Position numbers and translations under genes: made by a program. The notes beneath the pieces were generated by a model, which worked only from the letters and a program-made list of their open reading frames with translations, searched no databases and had not been told where the DNA came from. From NCBI GenBank assembly GCA_044892525.1, contig CM097885.1, forward strand, positions 10,232,001-10,296,000: DNA of 64,000 nucleotides, written 5' to 3'. This document shows, in pieces, positions 26,287 to 39,000 of the stretch; position 1 is the first letter of the stretch; each line of letters starts with the position of its first letter. The stretch comes from Schmidtea polychroa. Lineage: Eukaryota.

Positions 26287-27273
26287 ATGAGAAGCCTAAC
26301 CGTGGTGATAATTATAATGACAATGCCCAGAATCCTGCAAGCTGAAGAATCAATGATCAGATGCCAGAAAGAATACCCATATCGCAGAGAAGATAGCACC
26401 TGTAGTAGCTTTAAATCAATCTGTGAAAAACCCAATGAAGAATGCGAACAAATCGAGTTGCAATGTTCGCAATGTCCACAAACAACTGGAAGTTCGACGG
26501 AAATGCAAATGGCTCAGACAATGAAAACAATATTAGAACAAGAAATGAAAGTTATCAGAACCCAGATAGCAACATTAGCCAAACAATTCCAAAGCCAGAA
26601 ATCAAAGAAAGAAACCCAAACGGATCCGGCCGCAATGAGAATGATGGTAATAATATTAGAGGAAATAAAACAACAGGTAACAGCAACCGCCAATGGACGT
26701 TCAAGCAATTGCGAAATAGTAGTAAAATCTTTAGAGGAAATGAAAGGAAAAATAACTTCCATCATCAAAGAGGAACCCAGCATTAAAAATGAGGTAACGA
26801 AAACCTTGAAAGAAATGACAAAAGAAGTCCTAACTACCATAAACAAAAACCCAATGAACTCCGAGAAGATGATTAAAACCCTGGAGGAAATAAAGAAAGT
26901 TGTCACCTCGGAAGAAAACAAATTCAACAAACCCGAAAAATCTGAAATTACAGATACAACCCAATTGGGAGAAATGATAAACAAACCCAGAGTAGTAGAA
27001 CTAAGAGAATCTGAACCCCTCACAATATTGATCCTATTAGCAGCAAGCCTAATGATAAACATTACCGTACTGAGCCTGATTGCACTCAAACCCAATTCCA
27101 GTAAAGCAAGAAACAAAACCCTCAAACTAAAAGAACAATCAAAGAGTATTCGTATCCCAATGGAAGAACAGCTAATCCAAACAACGAACCAACCAAGATA
27201 CTTCAAATCTTCCCCAAACATCGAAACCAGAGCCGTCATCGAGACGAGATCCCGAACAACAGAATTCTATTAG
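26287..27273 (+). CDS. Type-I membrane protein: signal peptide, Cys-rich N-terminus, repeated helical stalk, TM and cytoplasmic tail
   Basis: MRSLTVVIIIMTMPRILQA signal; six Cys; ~23-aa repeats K(S/T)L(E/K)E(M/I); TM LTILILLAASLMINITVLSLIAL. Confidence 0.8.
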   Translation: MRSLTVVIIIMTMPRILQAEESMIRCQKEYPYRREDSTCSSFKSICEKPNEECEQIELQCSQCPQTTGSSTEMQMAQTMKTILEQEMKVIRTQIATLAKQFQSQKSKKETQTDPAAMRMMVIILEEIKQQVTATANGRSSNCEIVVKSLEEMKGKITSIIKEEPSIKNEVTKTLKEMTKEVLTTINKNPMNSEKMIKTLEEIKKVVTSEENKFNKPEKSEITDTTQLGEMINKPRVVELRESEPLTILILLAASLMINITVLSLIALKPNSSKARNKTLKLKEQSKSIRIPMEEQLIQTTNQPRYFKSSPNIETRAVIETRSRTTEFY

Positions 27274-29099
27274 TGTGACATCATGACAGTAAAAACATTT
27301 CACGACATTATAAACGATAAATCATCCTGATCGAACAATTGATTTCAAAGACTGAGACTACGATTAATGACACTGATTCTTGAGCATGATAATTTTATTT
27401 TTATGTGGGCCGACCTCGGTCGTTCTTTTTCTTCATCTTTCAACCCATCTGTAAAATGTAGTGTAATAGTAGCATTTTTATGTATGTGGGTATTGAGGTC
27501 ACGACCCTGTAGCTCGTGGACCCAATTTGCATGTAGGCACTTGTAATATAGTGCAAGTATTCTGAAAATTAATCTTATTCATCTTTGGATTTAAATTGCG
27601 GGTCGCAATTTTATGGGCCCCCGAGTGTTTTATGTTGGGCTAGAACTGATTTCTAGACCCAAACTACTAATTGTGACTGAAACGTGCAGGTACACAACAT
27701 GTAAAAAGCAAAAAGTATAGTTAAATATTAAAATACACACCAAATAAACAATATTAACTAAAGGAGAAAGCAACAAAAACATAAACAAAGAAATTAAATA
27801 AAATTATACAGAAGCAAGAAGTGATGCAAAAACCTAACTCAAAAATAATCAAACAAACATAGAATTACCAAAAGCAAACTCGAATAACTGAAAAGACGAT
27901 AAAAATAGTAAAAAATTCCAGAAAAACCCAGAACATTCTATAAAATGGCGATGACCATCACAAAAGTCATCTAGAACAACAAAAGTTAAGGAAAATAAAT
28001 GAATTAGTATTAAAAATAAAAAATCTCAAAAAGAAATTCATAAAAACATCAGTTAAAATAAAAATTAAATTAAAAGTAAAATAGAATGTTCTGGAACCGT
28101 TCCAAATCCATCATGGACGTCAAATTAACAAAAAATAATTAAAAAATAAAAATATAAAAATAAAAACAAAAATTATGGCACAAAAATCGCCATTAAAAAT
28201 AGCAAAATCGTAAAATAGAAAATTCTGGAATAAAAAGAATTCGAGTTTGTTTTAACGCATCAATACATACACGTGTACAAAATAGGTATATATACTGACA
28301 CGTTTCAGGCACAAGTAATCATTATTTTGTTTATGCCAATATTTTATTAGAAATTTTCCGAAAGTTATTAGTAAGTAGATTTTTCTTTTGTTATTCGATG
28401 TTATCATGATTAATGTAACTATTTTAATGTAGATTAATATCCATAAGATCAATTTCTTTTTATGTTTATCTTTTATTAAAAATTTTTGTTTGAATACGAC
28501 TGATCAGCGGCGTCGCAGTGCGTCTCTGTTCAGTCCTGCATTTGATATTAACAATTTTTGAAACATGCAGACATGCAATATTCTATATATATATTTTTTT
28601 TTTGTTTGGTCATCGGAGGTCGGCCACTTCATGGTTCTACCATGGAGTTGTGTCGATAAAACCCCTCCGCTATGGCTCTATATGCTTTATTTATCGGTCG
28701 ACAGTGATGTTTCGACTCAACACAACAGTAGGGCTTGTCGTAGCGGTCACAGTGGGGCCGTGTAAGCAAGCATTCTTCCCGAGTACAAGCAAACATATTT
28801 AATTTCAACATTAAAAATCGTAGACAATAGGGTACACTAAGGTCGTAATCGAGTAGATCTCAGACCCAAATTGAACACAGCAATTACAATTCAGCTAATG
28901 TAGTCGGTTAAGACCTCTCCACTTACACGTTTGTCGAACCTCATTGAGAAATAATTTTTCGTATCAGTGTAAATGTCTCTCTCGAAATTAACCGTAATGA
29001 TGCTCACGAAGGAGTTCGACAAGTGTGAATCGTAAAATGAACTATATACTCTCCTGTTACACTTAAACATCAGGCTATAAATGTATAATGTTCCTAAAC

Positions 29100-30400
29100 T
29101 ATAGAAGATATGTTAGAATTGCTAAATACTTAGAATTCCTAAATGGTAAAACATAACTTACTACTGTACTTAGAATTATATGTGATAATTACGTAATACC
29201 TCTAAATTACAAATATGAGTTAATATTGTCTTCAAAAATATAATTTATAAAAGTTAAATTGTCAAATACCTCTTAATACTATGCCTGAAAATAATGCGGA
29301 ATATTCATAAATTATAAAATTTTACTTTATACTATCCTCAAAATTATAATCTATAAATGTGTAAAACATAATTTATAAATATTAAATTATAATATACATG
29401 CTTGAAAAGCAATTTTAAAAATGTGTAATATTCCTAAATTATAAAATTTTACCCTATCTTATTCTTAAAATTATAACTTATGCCTGTGTAAAAATATAAT
29501 TTATAAATGTCAAATGGTAAAATATAACCTAGTACTATGCTTGGAGGTATAATTTATTATAAAATATAACCTAATTCTATACTTAAAAAATAAGTTAAAA
29601 GGTACGTAAAAAATTTTTTTTTATTGTACCTAAAAATATAATTTATAAATATGTAATATTACTAAATTATAAGATTGTATTGCTTGTGGTTCGTAAATCT
29701 TACCTTGAGATTATCGGTAGCAAACTAAAATGTAAACTCATACTACGTATAAATTATAAAATATATCTTAGTATTTTCTGTATAAAAGTATAAAGTCATG
29801 CTACTCATAAAGTACAAATTATGTCCTAGAATTATACACAAAAATATAAACTATAGGTTTATATTGCCCATAAATTATAGAATGTAACGTATGCGTAGAA
29901 TGTAAATTACAAACTATAAGGTATGATTTTGGTTATAAGTTATAATTTCGGTATCCATAAATACAAAGTATAAATTCCAAAGAATAGAAACTATAACTAG
30001 CTATATATAGCTCATGAGTCCGTAAAGTGTAAATTGCAAGGCTGAAGTGTGGATTATGGAGTAATTATATAAAGTATAAACCGTAAATTATTTGTATAAA
30101 AGTATAATCTAATTATATATCTAAATTACAAACTTATAAACACAATGGTAAATCTAAATTACAAACTGTAAGCTTAAATTATATATATGAAGTATAAACC
30201 GTAGATTATTTTTATAAAAGTATAATCTAATTATATGTCTAAATTATAAAATTATATATCAAAATTATCTATCTAAAAATTATATATCTAAATTATACCT
30301 CTAAATTATATATCTAAATTATATAAACTTATAAAATACAATCATAAATTTAGATTACAAATTACAAACTATGATTTCATACTCCATATAAGGTAAAGGA
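29100..30400 (+). repeat. AT-rich short-period repeats inside the LTR (TAAATTATA / TCTAAATTATATA / AAATTACAAA)
   Basis: Many copies, most regular at about 30100-30370. Confidence 0.7.
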
Positions 30401-31339
30401 CCAAATTCTGAATTCTAAGTTTATATTTCGTATATAATTGATAAATGACGAATGTATAAAATGTACAGTTGCGTATGCGAAATTAGCTAGGTTATAAATA
30501 ACCCCTACGCCAAAATTATGGAGTATAATGACAAACATAAAGGAGAAGCACGCCCGACCTCTAGATCGGAAACCGCAGTGAAGCTTGACGATAATTTAAT
30601 TAAAACTAATTTAACATCCAGTCGAAAGAGAGAATAATATTTAACATTTATTTTACAACATCAAGGTTCTAGTGGGCTAAACCAGGATTGCCGAGAGAAG
30701 TTCATTGTAGGCTTGAGTCTTGCGTGCTCCAGCTGTCTCCGCTCGTTGCTGGGAATTGCCAATAGGATTGACAGTTGCGGATAATTCCTAAACTTTACGA
30801 ATTTACTAATTTTAAATTTACAGTCTAACTTACTTCGAAGGATCCAGATGAATTGCAACACAGAAGGGAATGAATCTAAAAATCTAATATACCAAAATAA
30901 ACTAAATTTATCAGGAAAAAGTTTTTTTTTATATTTAAAAGCCTTATAATTAAATGTATTTAAAATTTACTATTCAAAACCATTGTAGTTTACTTTAAAT
31001 TTGACCTTATTATGATTGTTACGATAAAACACCGTAAGATATGCTAGGGAAAATTAATCGAGGTGATTAATTGGTAATTTCCGCGTAAGTTAAATTTTAA
31101 TGTATAGTGGAAGACTTGAATTTTAATTTAAGCAAAAGTTGAGGGTACCCTTTTAAGTACAATTTAAGTTAATCTGATTAATTGTTTAAATTATGAACAT
31201 TTGGAGTTTGCTTCGTATTGTAAGCCAATTTTTTTTTTGATTGTGTGTGGTTTCATATTAGCCCGGGAGCGTTGTAGCAGAGGTAAACGTTCTCGTTTGA
31301 ATTGTGATAACCTTATTAATCCTTACTACCCAAATAGAT

Positions 31340-31705
31340 ATGTCACACTCAGACGACTCCAACGATGATGAAGGCTACAGACAAATGATCACCCGGCTCC
31401 GGTCCCGGTACGTCTGGCATCACATCCATCGGTGGGGCCAGGGACGGGACTTAGATTGTTCCAACCAAGTAATCCGGACGGGCCCCGAAGTAGATGCCCC
31501 GGCGTGGGTAAAAGTAGAACCCACCAACAACGTGCTCCGGGAAGCCCGCGATCGAGCGGCCGATGAGGTAGTAGAGGCCCAAAAGCGGCTGAGGAGACTC
31601 GAGCTCCAACTCAAGGCCGACACGTTGGGGATAGCTCTTGAAGAGCTGGAGGAGACCGATGCCCCTCCACGAAAACGGGGGAGGCCCCGCAAGAACCCGG
31701 CCTAA
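31340..31705 (+). CDS. AT-hook protein, 3' LTR copy
   Basis: Same as 674-1039 except for one G>R change. Confidence 0.65.
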   Translation: MSHSDDSNDDEGYRQMITRLRSRYVWHHIHRWGQGRDLDCSNQVIRTGPEVDAPAWVKVEPTNNVLREARDRAADEVVEAQKRLRRLELQLKADTLGIALEELEETDAPPRKRGRPRKNPA

Positions 31706-31994
31706 CTTATCGACAATCGCGGCCTGAATAAAACGATTTTTACTGACCTGATTTAGTGATATTTTAGTAACCTAACGAATTGTATTTCTCTTTTGTTTAT
31801 CAAACATAATCTATCGTGTAGTGATGCAATAAATTATATTTTAGTTATTTATACTTTGGGCTTTATAGCTAATGGGGCGTATTCATAATTGAGGTGACCC
31901 TTTTCTCATCACCCACTTACAAATTCCATGCATGTACTCTAACCAACTTTGCGCACCAGAAGGCGAATGAGGGGATTTATTATTATTTTCTTCA

Positions 31995-32429
31995 GTGTAC
32001 CAGTTATTGGAAAACCTACGAAAGGACCGCGAACAGGCCCAGCAACAATCCGAGGGTCTCCGAGGTCGGGTCGAAAAACTCAAGCTGAAGTATCGAGAAC
32101 TCCAAAGTACGTGGTTCAGTCCGGCCGACATGAAAAAACAAACTACGCGCATCTCACAACTCCAGACCCAGGCGGAGCAAGATCAGCTCGAGATCCGAGC
32201 GCTGAAGCTACAAGTGCGCTCGCTCGAGAGTAAATTGAACGAAAAATTTGTCCAGGACACCCTTTGCGAGCAGATTCGTCCACTTTCCGTAGAGTTGGCC
32301 CGGATATACCCACCGGCCCAGACGAACAAGCCGAAACGCAAACGGTTAGGACGGAACACCCGAGAGAAATTGAAAAGGGCCTGGCTGGCTGAGCAGGAGA
32401 AAGCGAAAGGGCCTGAAGTCAATCCATGA
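31995..32429 (+). CDS. Coiled-coil/basic protein, 3' LTR copy
   Basis: Identical translation to 1329-1763. Confidence 0.55.
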   Translation: MYQLLENLRKDREQAQQQSEGLRGRVEKLKLKYRELQSTWFSPADMKKQTTRISQLQTQAEQDQLEIRALKLQVRSLESKLNEKFVQDTLCEQIRPLSVELARIYPPAQTNKPKRKRLGRNTREKLKRAWLAEQEKAKGPEVNP

Positions 32430-33078
32430 TCTTGGGAGGCGTTCGAGAGTGCGTGAACAATCTATGTAATATGGTGGTGGCTTAATAAATGAGTCTTGTT
32501 ATTTAATGAGTATGAGAGTGAACTTTGCTGTTGTCTAAAACAGGATGGTTGGCGGGAAGGCGCTTGGAAAAACAATCTCGATGAGGGACCGAAATAAATC
32601 GGACACGTGCCTTCTATCGGCGTCCGTGAACCCATAGAGTGCTCGACAATTACAGTGCTTGGCGCGCTCACTTTTTGCGAGTACTCAACCCCTTGGTACA
32701 GTACCAACGTTGATTGCTCAACGGGTACCAAGAGGAAAACAATGTTGTATTCTGGGTTACGCTGGTAACAGCACTTAAACATTCAACCACCAGTAACCCA
32801 CCAATAATAATTATATTGACACTAAATGTAATGGGGAAGGCGTAATGACATTAACATTTTTGTTTCTTGGGTAGGAATAGTGTGACATATTGGTTAATCA
32901 ATACCAGTAAAATGGTAATACTGATTATGGGAAGTGCTCAATGATTTGATCAGTTGATATATAACAATTCGTCCAATAATCAATAATAATCATCCTCTTC
33001 ATCACCAGCAGAAATAATTAAGACAAAACAAACTTTATTAAAAGATCTAATATAAAATGAATGATTGAAAATAAACAA

Positions 33079-36000
33079 TTAATTGAAATTGTCGATCTGC
33101 AGTTTTCTCAGTGCTTTCTTGGCAGCAACACTTTTTGCGATTCTATAATTCCTACCGATCCCATAAAATCGGCCTTTACCAATTATTCTCACACAAACTC
33201 TCGTCTTTCCATCAGCGGTCCGTTTCGGATATCTACAATGGAATGAATGGAGTAGTTTACAGCGCTCTAATTAACATATTAAGTCTTACTCAAAATTCAC
33301 GATTTCCGGCATCGCTTCCAACAACTGACGGACCGGGGATTTCGGTATGAGAGAGGTGTATCGCTCTGAATGAACAAGTTCATGTAATCACAGAAATCGC
33401 ATATATTTTGAGTCAATTTAAAATTTAAGAAATAATATAACACAAATTATTAATATTATCAAACATTAATTCATTAAACGATCGCAAAGTGAAAAAAAAT
33501 TAATATAAAAATTATTATATAAATATTAATGAAAAGTATCAAAAACTTTATTGAAATTTAAATTATTTTCTAAATTAAATATGGCAAAAATGATTATTTA
33601 AACAAACGCGTTTAAAATTAAATTTTTAAAAGAAATAATAGATATTTTATATCATTCCACAAATTTCATTTGATATAATGATCTCGATTAATTCGAATTT
33701 AAATAATAACTAAAGTCTTACCAATTCTTTCATGGAAAAGAGGATGAAATACTTTCCAAACTGTATTCAAATCCATTCCTGAATCGAGAAAAATTGCTCC
33801 AGCTAAAGATTCAAATATATCACCAAGACATTTAGGAATTTCCACTTCCTCATCAATATTATGAAGACTTTCGTCTATATTATTTTGAAAAGTTTCCTAT
33901 AGAATCAAATATTGTCGTAAAACAGCAATGAAAAACCACCTAATACCTGATGTATTACATAATCCAAATCATCTTTCATTACAATTTTTTGATAATAAAC
34001 AAATTTGTCTATCAATTTCCATAGAACTGGAGATATACATTTAAAATATTGATGGACATTATATCTGACAACAAGCGATGCAAATATATTGTTATTGACA
34101 AGAGCCGATCGGAGATCTGTCAAATCTCCAGGAGAATGCCGCCTACAATCTTCATATAGAAATCTTGTTATTGTGTAATCGAGAACAGCATCTCCTAATA
34201 GTTCTAATCGCTGATAGCAATCCGTAAATACGTTTAAATAATAACTAGAATGTGTCATGGCCTATAATTAATTACAAATGAATTTTATTAGAAATTTAAC
34301 AAATTTACTTGAAGCAAATACGCTTTTTCCTTAAACTGATAGCCTATGATTACTTCTAAGCCGATAACGTCTTTTATTAAATTATTATAACAAGTTATAT
34401 CCTTGTCTGTTTCCAATTTGACAGTAATAGGGCTTTCTGGTTTAATCCAGAGATCAGATGCCTTGCAGGTGTCACTCGGAATGGCATGTTCATCAATGGG
34501 AATGCAATTAATATTAAACCATTGCAACAATCGCAATGCTGAGACTTCACCCCTTGTGGCAAGGTAGCACCCAGTAAGAGATTCTACAACATCTGCTAGA
34601 TTTTTATCAGTGAGAAAATGTTGAATTCTTGGACAGAAATTGGAATAATTTTCGCTATTAAATAAATAAATTAATCCAAATTTTAAATTAAAAAAATCAA
34701 TATAAATATTAAATGATAAAAACATGGAGGGATATAAGAGAAAGTGAAGGAAGAGTACATAAAATCTTCATTAGAATCAAACATCTTTGTAGACAAATAG
34801 GATTTATACTAATAAAGTAAGTTTCATTTTGTAAAAGATAAATTAAGAATTTAATTTATTAACTGTTATTATTTTTTATTTAAACAATGAAATAATTATA
34901 ATAATAATAATAACAATGTTATTAAAATTAAAAAATCATAAATAATATTACAAAGGTATAATATCATATAATATAGCTTTTACTTTATTATTTGACTGAC
35001 ATCGATATTTTCGGTATATTTATATCCAGGGAGCATCCAGTTATCTTGAGGATTAAATTTTTGTGAATTTAAAAATCCCGCCAAATTTTTCTCTTTAGCG
35101 CGTAAATATAGATTTGAATTTGAAACTTGTTTACTCCGTAAATAACTCAAGCGCCCTTCGTGCGCGTAAGGATAGCGAAGGAAATTATAAACTGTGGAGG
35201 CATATTTTAAAAAAGAATCTCCAACAGTTTCCATTCGTTCTAAGTTAATGAAATCACTTGCACATAGCATTGTGATGGCTTCAAGAATGACATGGGGACC
35301 TGGAACATTCAGTTGGGCATCGGTGATTCCGGGAATTTCCTTGTTATTATGTCGTTGTCGCGTAATAACGTCGTATCGAACATTATCTTCGTCGGGCAAA
35401 TACAATATCTTATCGTCTTCAAAGCTATCATCACTTTCAACATCAGAAACTGATTCTAGATATTCTTGTTCATTTTCTCCTAAAAATTCACTTGCCCTAA
35501 ACAAGAAGTTAAATATTAATTACAGTTAAATTTAATAGAAAAATAAATATTAAGGCAAGAAAATGGCGCAAATTGACAATATAAAAATTAGATAATAATA
35601 AAGACACTGAAAAGTTATTTTTTATAATATATTATTTTTATTATTATTATTATTATTGTGTCATTTCTTATGTGGAAATCTTATTTTAATTTATAAAATT
35701 TTCAGCCATTTATTTAATTAAAATATTGAAATCAATTTAATATTGAATTCAAATATTATTTTTAATTCTTATATTTAGTTCTATATCAAGGATTTTCAAG
35801 AATTACTTTTTTACTTTAAAATTTTCAAGTATTAAGATATTAAGAATGCTTCGCAGTTAATAATGCTTCAGTTAGCGCTTTATTGCAAAGAATGCATAAA
35901 TGTAGCTACAATAATAATAACCCTACCATTAATAAATCACGATTTACCTAATTATATAAATTAATTGTTTTTATTAATATAAAATTTCACGCCAACGACA

Positions 36001-39000
36001 AATGACAACATTCAACAGATATAGTAATTCTAATTTTATATGTTTCACCTTAAATATTATATTTCCCTTAATAAAATAGCAGTATTAAGGGAAAAAAATA
36101 AAATAATATTCAAATAAAATCTTAATGTTGATATTTTCATAATAAAATTAAACTCACCGAAATTCTCCATAATCATTGTCTGATCGCTGGGCATTATTCA
36201 AAGACAAATAATTATTCTGATTATCGTTTTCTAAACATAATAAAATACATAATAATAATGTTAATAATATTAATTTAAGATTATAGAATTACAATAATAA
36301 TAGAAAATAATTAAAAACTATAAATAGTAATAACAATAAAAAACAATAATTAATAATGAAAATAAAATAAGAATAAAAAATACAAATAATAATAACAAAG
36401 TAGTGAAAAAATAATAATAATAAAATATCGGGAAAAAAATTAATCAAAGAAAGAAAGCAAAGTTTTATTAATTGAAAAACGCCAACTAAGTAAATGTATA
36501 ACATCACGCCATATCATTATTCATTTTATTTATATACTTATTTGTTTTTTCTTTAATATTTATTTGGAAAAAAAACCAACCATAAAAAACTGACAAACTT
36601 TGTGCAAACTCTATTTCACTCATAACCAATCTTTATTCTAAATTGCATTGGTATCAAAAATTTAGAAATTAATTTCTGCGTCCCGTATATAGTTCAACCA
36701 AAAGTTATTAGTAATAAGAAGAATAAGAATAATAAAATACAAATATACAAATAATAACAATGAAATTGTGGGAAAAAATAATATAATAATTAGTAATAAT
36801 AATAAAAATAATAAAAATTTAAGATTAAAAAACTAAATTATAATAGAAAATAAATAAAAACTATAAATAGTAATAAATAAATAGTAATAATAAAAAAACA
36901 ATAATTAATAATAATAAAATAGTGGAAAAAATAATAATAATTAGTAATAATAATAATTATTAGTATTAGTATTATTCAAAGAAATAAGGCAAAGCTTTAA
37001 TAATTGAAAAACGCCAACTAAGTATATGTATAACATTACGCCATATCTTTATTCATTTTATTTAAAAAAGGATATTTTCCATATACTTATTTGTTTTTTC
37101 TATAATATTTATTTGAAAAAAAAATCAACCATAAAAAACAAGGTTGTTTAAACTCTTTCACTCATAACCAAAATTTCAATATGCACTCTCTATGCTATGA
37201 AATATTTATTATTACGTAAAATCACTTTTGTGCTGGTTAGGACAAATATGTAATCTTATGAAATGGAAATTTAATCGCTCTTTAGATTATGGCATAAATG
37301 CCGTTTCTAGCTGAAAATGTTTGCGTTGATCTACAGATTTTAAATAAATATATGCAAATTTCAGGAACACAGAACTCATTATACAAGAATATTTACTACT
37401 TCAGACAAATCGATTTCTTCTATCTAGTTATTTTTAATTTGGAATTTAAAAAATTATAAAAATCGCCAACTAAGTATAGTAAAATATAACATTGCTATAT
37501 ATTTTGACCGTTTAACAGTCTTCTTCGGGCTAAGAATAGTATTGATAACAACTGAATGAAAAAAATAATATTCAAAAAAATTAACAGCTAATAATCATAA
37601 TCAAATTGTATCAAAAAGATATTTTAATTTTAAAAACACACAAAATTGTGAATATTCATTCTCATACAAAAAATCCTTTTTAAAATTAATATAAAATATA
37701 AATTTTTTTTACAAACATCATCCCAAATATTAAATATACAAGTTAAATTATTAAAATACATTCAAAATCCCTGTAGACTGGGGACTTTGAATATTAATTA
37801 TAGGATTTAAAGATCTAAATGGAAACGCCTTGCACGTCACTCGTTTCCAGTAATTACTCGACAAGATCTTAAAATCAGCAATACCTATTTTTTTACTGGT
37901 AAACTTCCTAAAATGATCGTTAATGCGGGTCAATCCAATCCATCGACAATGCTCAAGAACTCGAGTGCAGAGATGACGGGCAGTCTCTCCAAAGTCATCA
38001 CACCCATTACATGAAAATTGACACAGTAGTTCTAAACACATACCAATTGGGGTTGAAAGCTTATTAGTGAACATACAATCAACCTTTCAAGACGTTGAAA
38101 CGATTCTAAATATAGTCGATGGTATTTATTACTTTCCAATACTACTGATTATCTTCACTTTCATAAACTGTGGAGATAATAAAACATTTAATTTGTTAAT
38201 ATAGACGTCATGGTCCGAAATCACTTTATCATATTGACAAACATTGATATATATTTTTTACGTTAGGATACTATATTAAATATGAGTAAAATTATGTTGT
38301 CGAAGGAGGAGGAACAGGTGTTGAAAATTGGCTCTAAAAACAATTGATAAAAATAAATTATTCTCAAAATTTTTAAGATTGTATTACATCAGAAACCACT
38401 CAGGTACATAATTTATAGTGATGGTTAGTGTGTACACTGATTGGTCTACAATTGATGACTCACCAATTTAATGAATTTCATTTTTCATTAAAATTGGCTT
38501 TTAGGAGATGTTTAATTTTAAGTAAATTTGAAGGCTTGAATTTTGATCCAAATAGATATCAGATCATTATTCAAGTTCTTAAATATTACTTTTGTCTGTA
38601 TTTGTATTATAAATTAATTTTCAGGTTTTTTAGGAATTTTATTAAATTTATTTTATAATTATTTTGATAAAATGTTAGTCAGATATATTTTTAATTATAA
38701 TTAAATCAATCTCCAAAAATGTGTTTTTCTAAAATATGACGAAATATCAGAAATTCTAATGAATATTTAACTCAAAAATAATTCTTACGATGATATTTCG
38801 TCATTTTCATGTCAATTCAATAGTTTCTTTATAAATACATTTAAAAACATTTTCAGAGTTAATTTTTTTGCTAAAAATTGTCTAAAATAAAGTTATTATA
38901 GAAACGTATCTCAGCGGTGCATTTCTATATATCGAAAGTTTGCATGTGTTTTTTAGTATGTGTTGTGTTTGTGTGCAGTATCTAATTTTTCTATCACTTT

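Larger units (their letters stand above)
1..32803 (+). mobile_element. Giant Ty3/gypsy (Metaviridae) LTR retroelement with env-like glycoprotein and many accessory genes; Burro-like; 5' end lies upstream of the window
   Basis: Direct repeat 1-2137 = 30663-32803; PBS at 2146; gag with 3 CCHC knuckles; PR-RT-RH-IN in gypsy order; all ORFs on the + strand. Confidence 0.97.
27626..32803 (+). repeat. 3' LTR (about 5.2 kb; left boundary uncertain, 27626 or 27481)
   Basis: 30663-32803 matches the 5' LTR; TG at 27626 follows the hairpin AAATTGCG-GGT-CGCAATTT (27593-27611). Confidence 0.75.

Noticed and set aside
26605..26625. KETQT dynein light chain (LC8) motif
   Set aside because: Lies in the predicted extracellular part of the protein
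32804..32812. Target-site duplication
   Set aside because: The left junction is outside the window, so it cannot be tested
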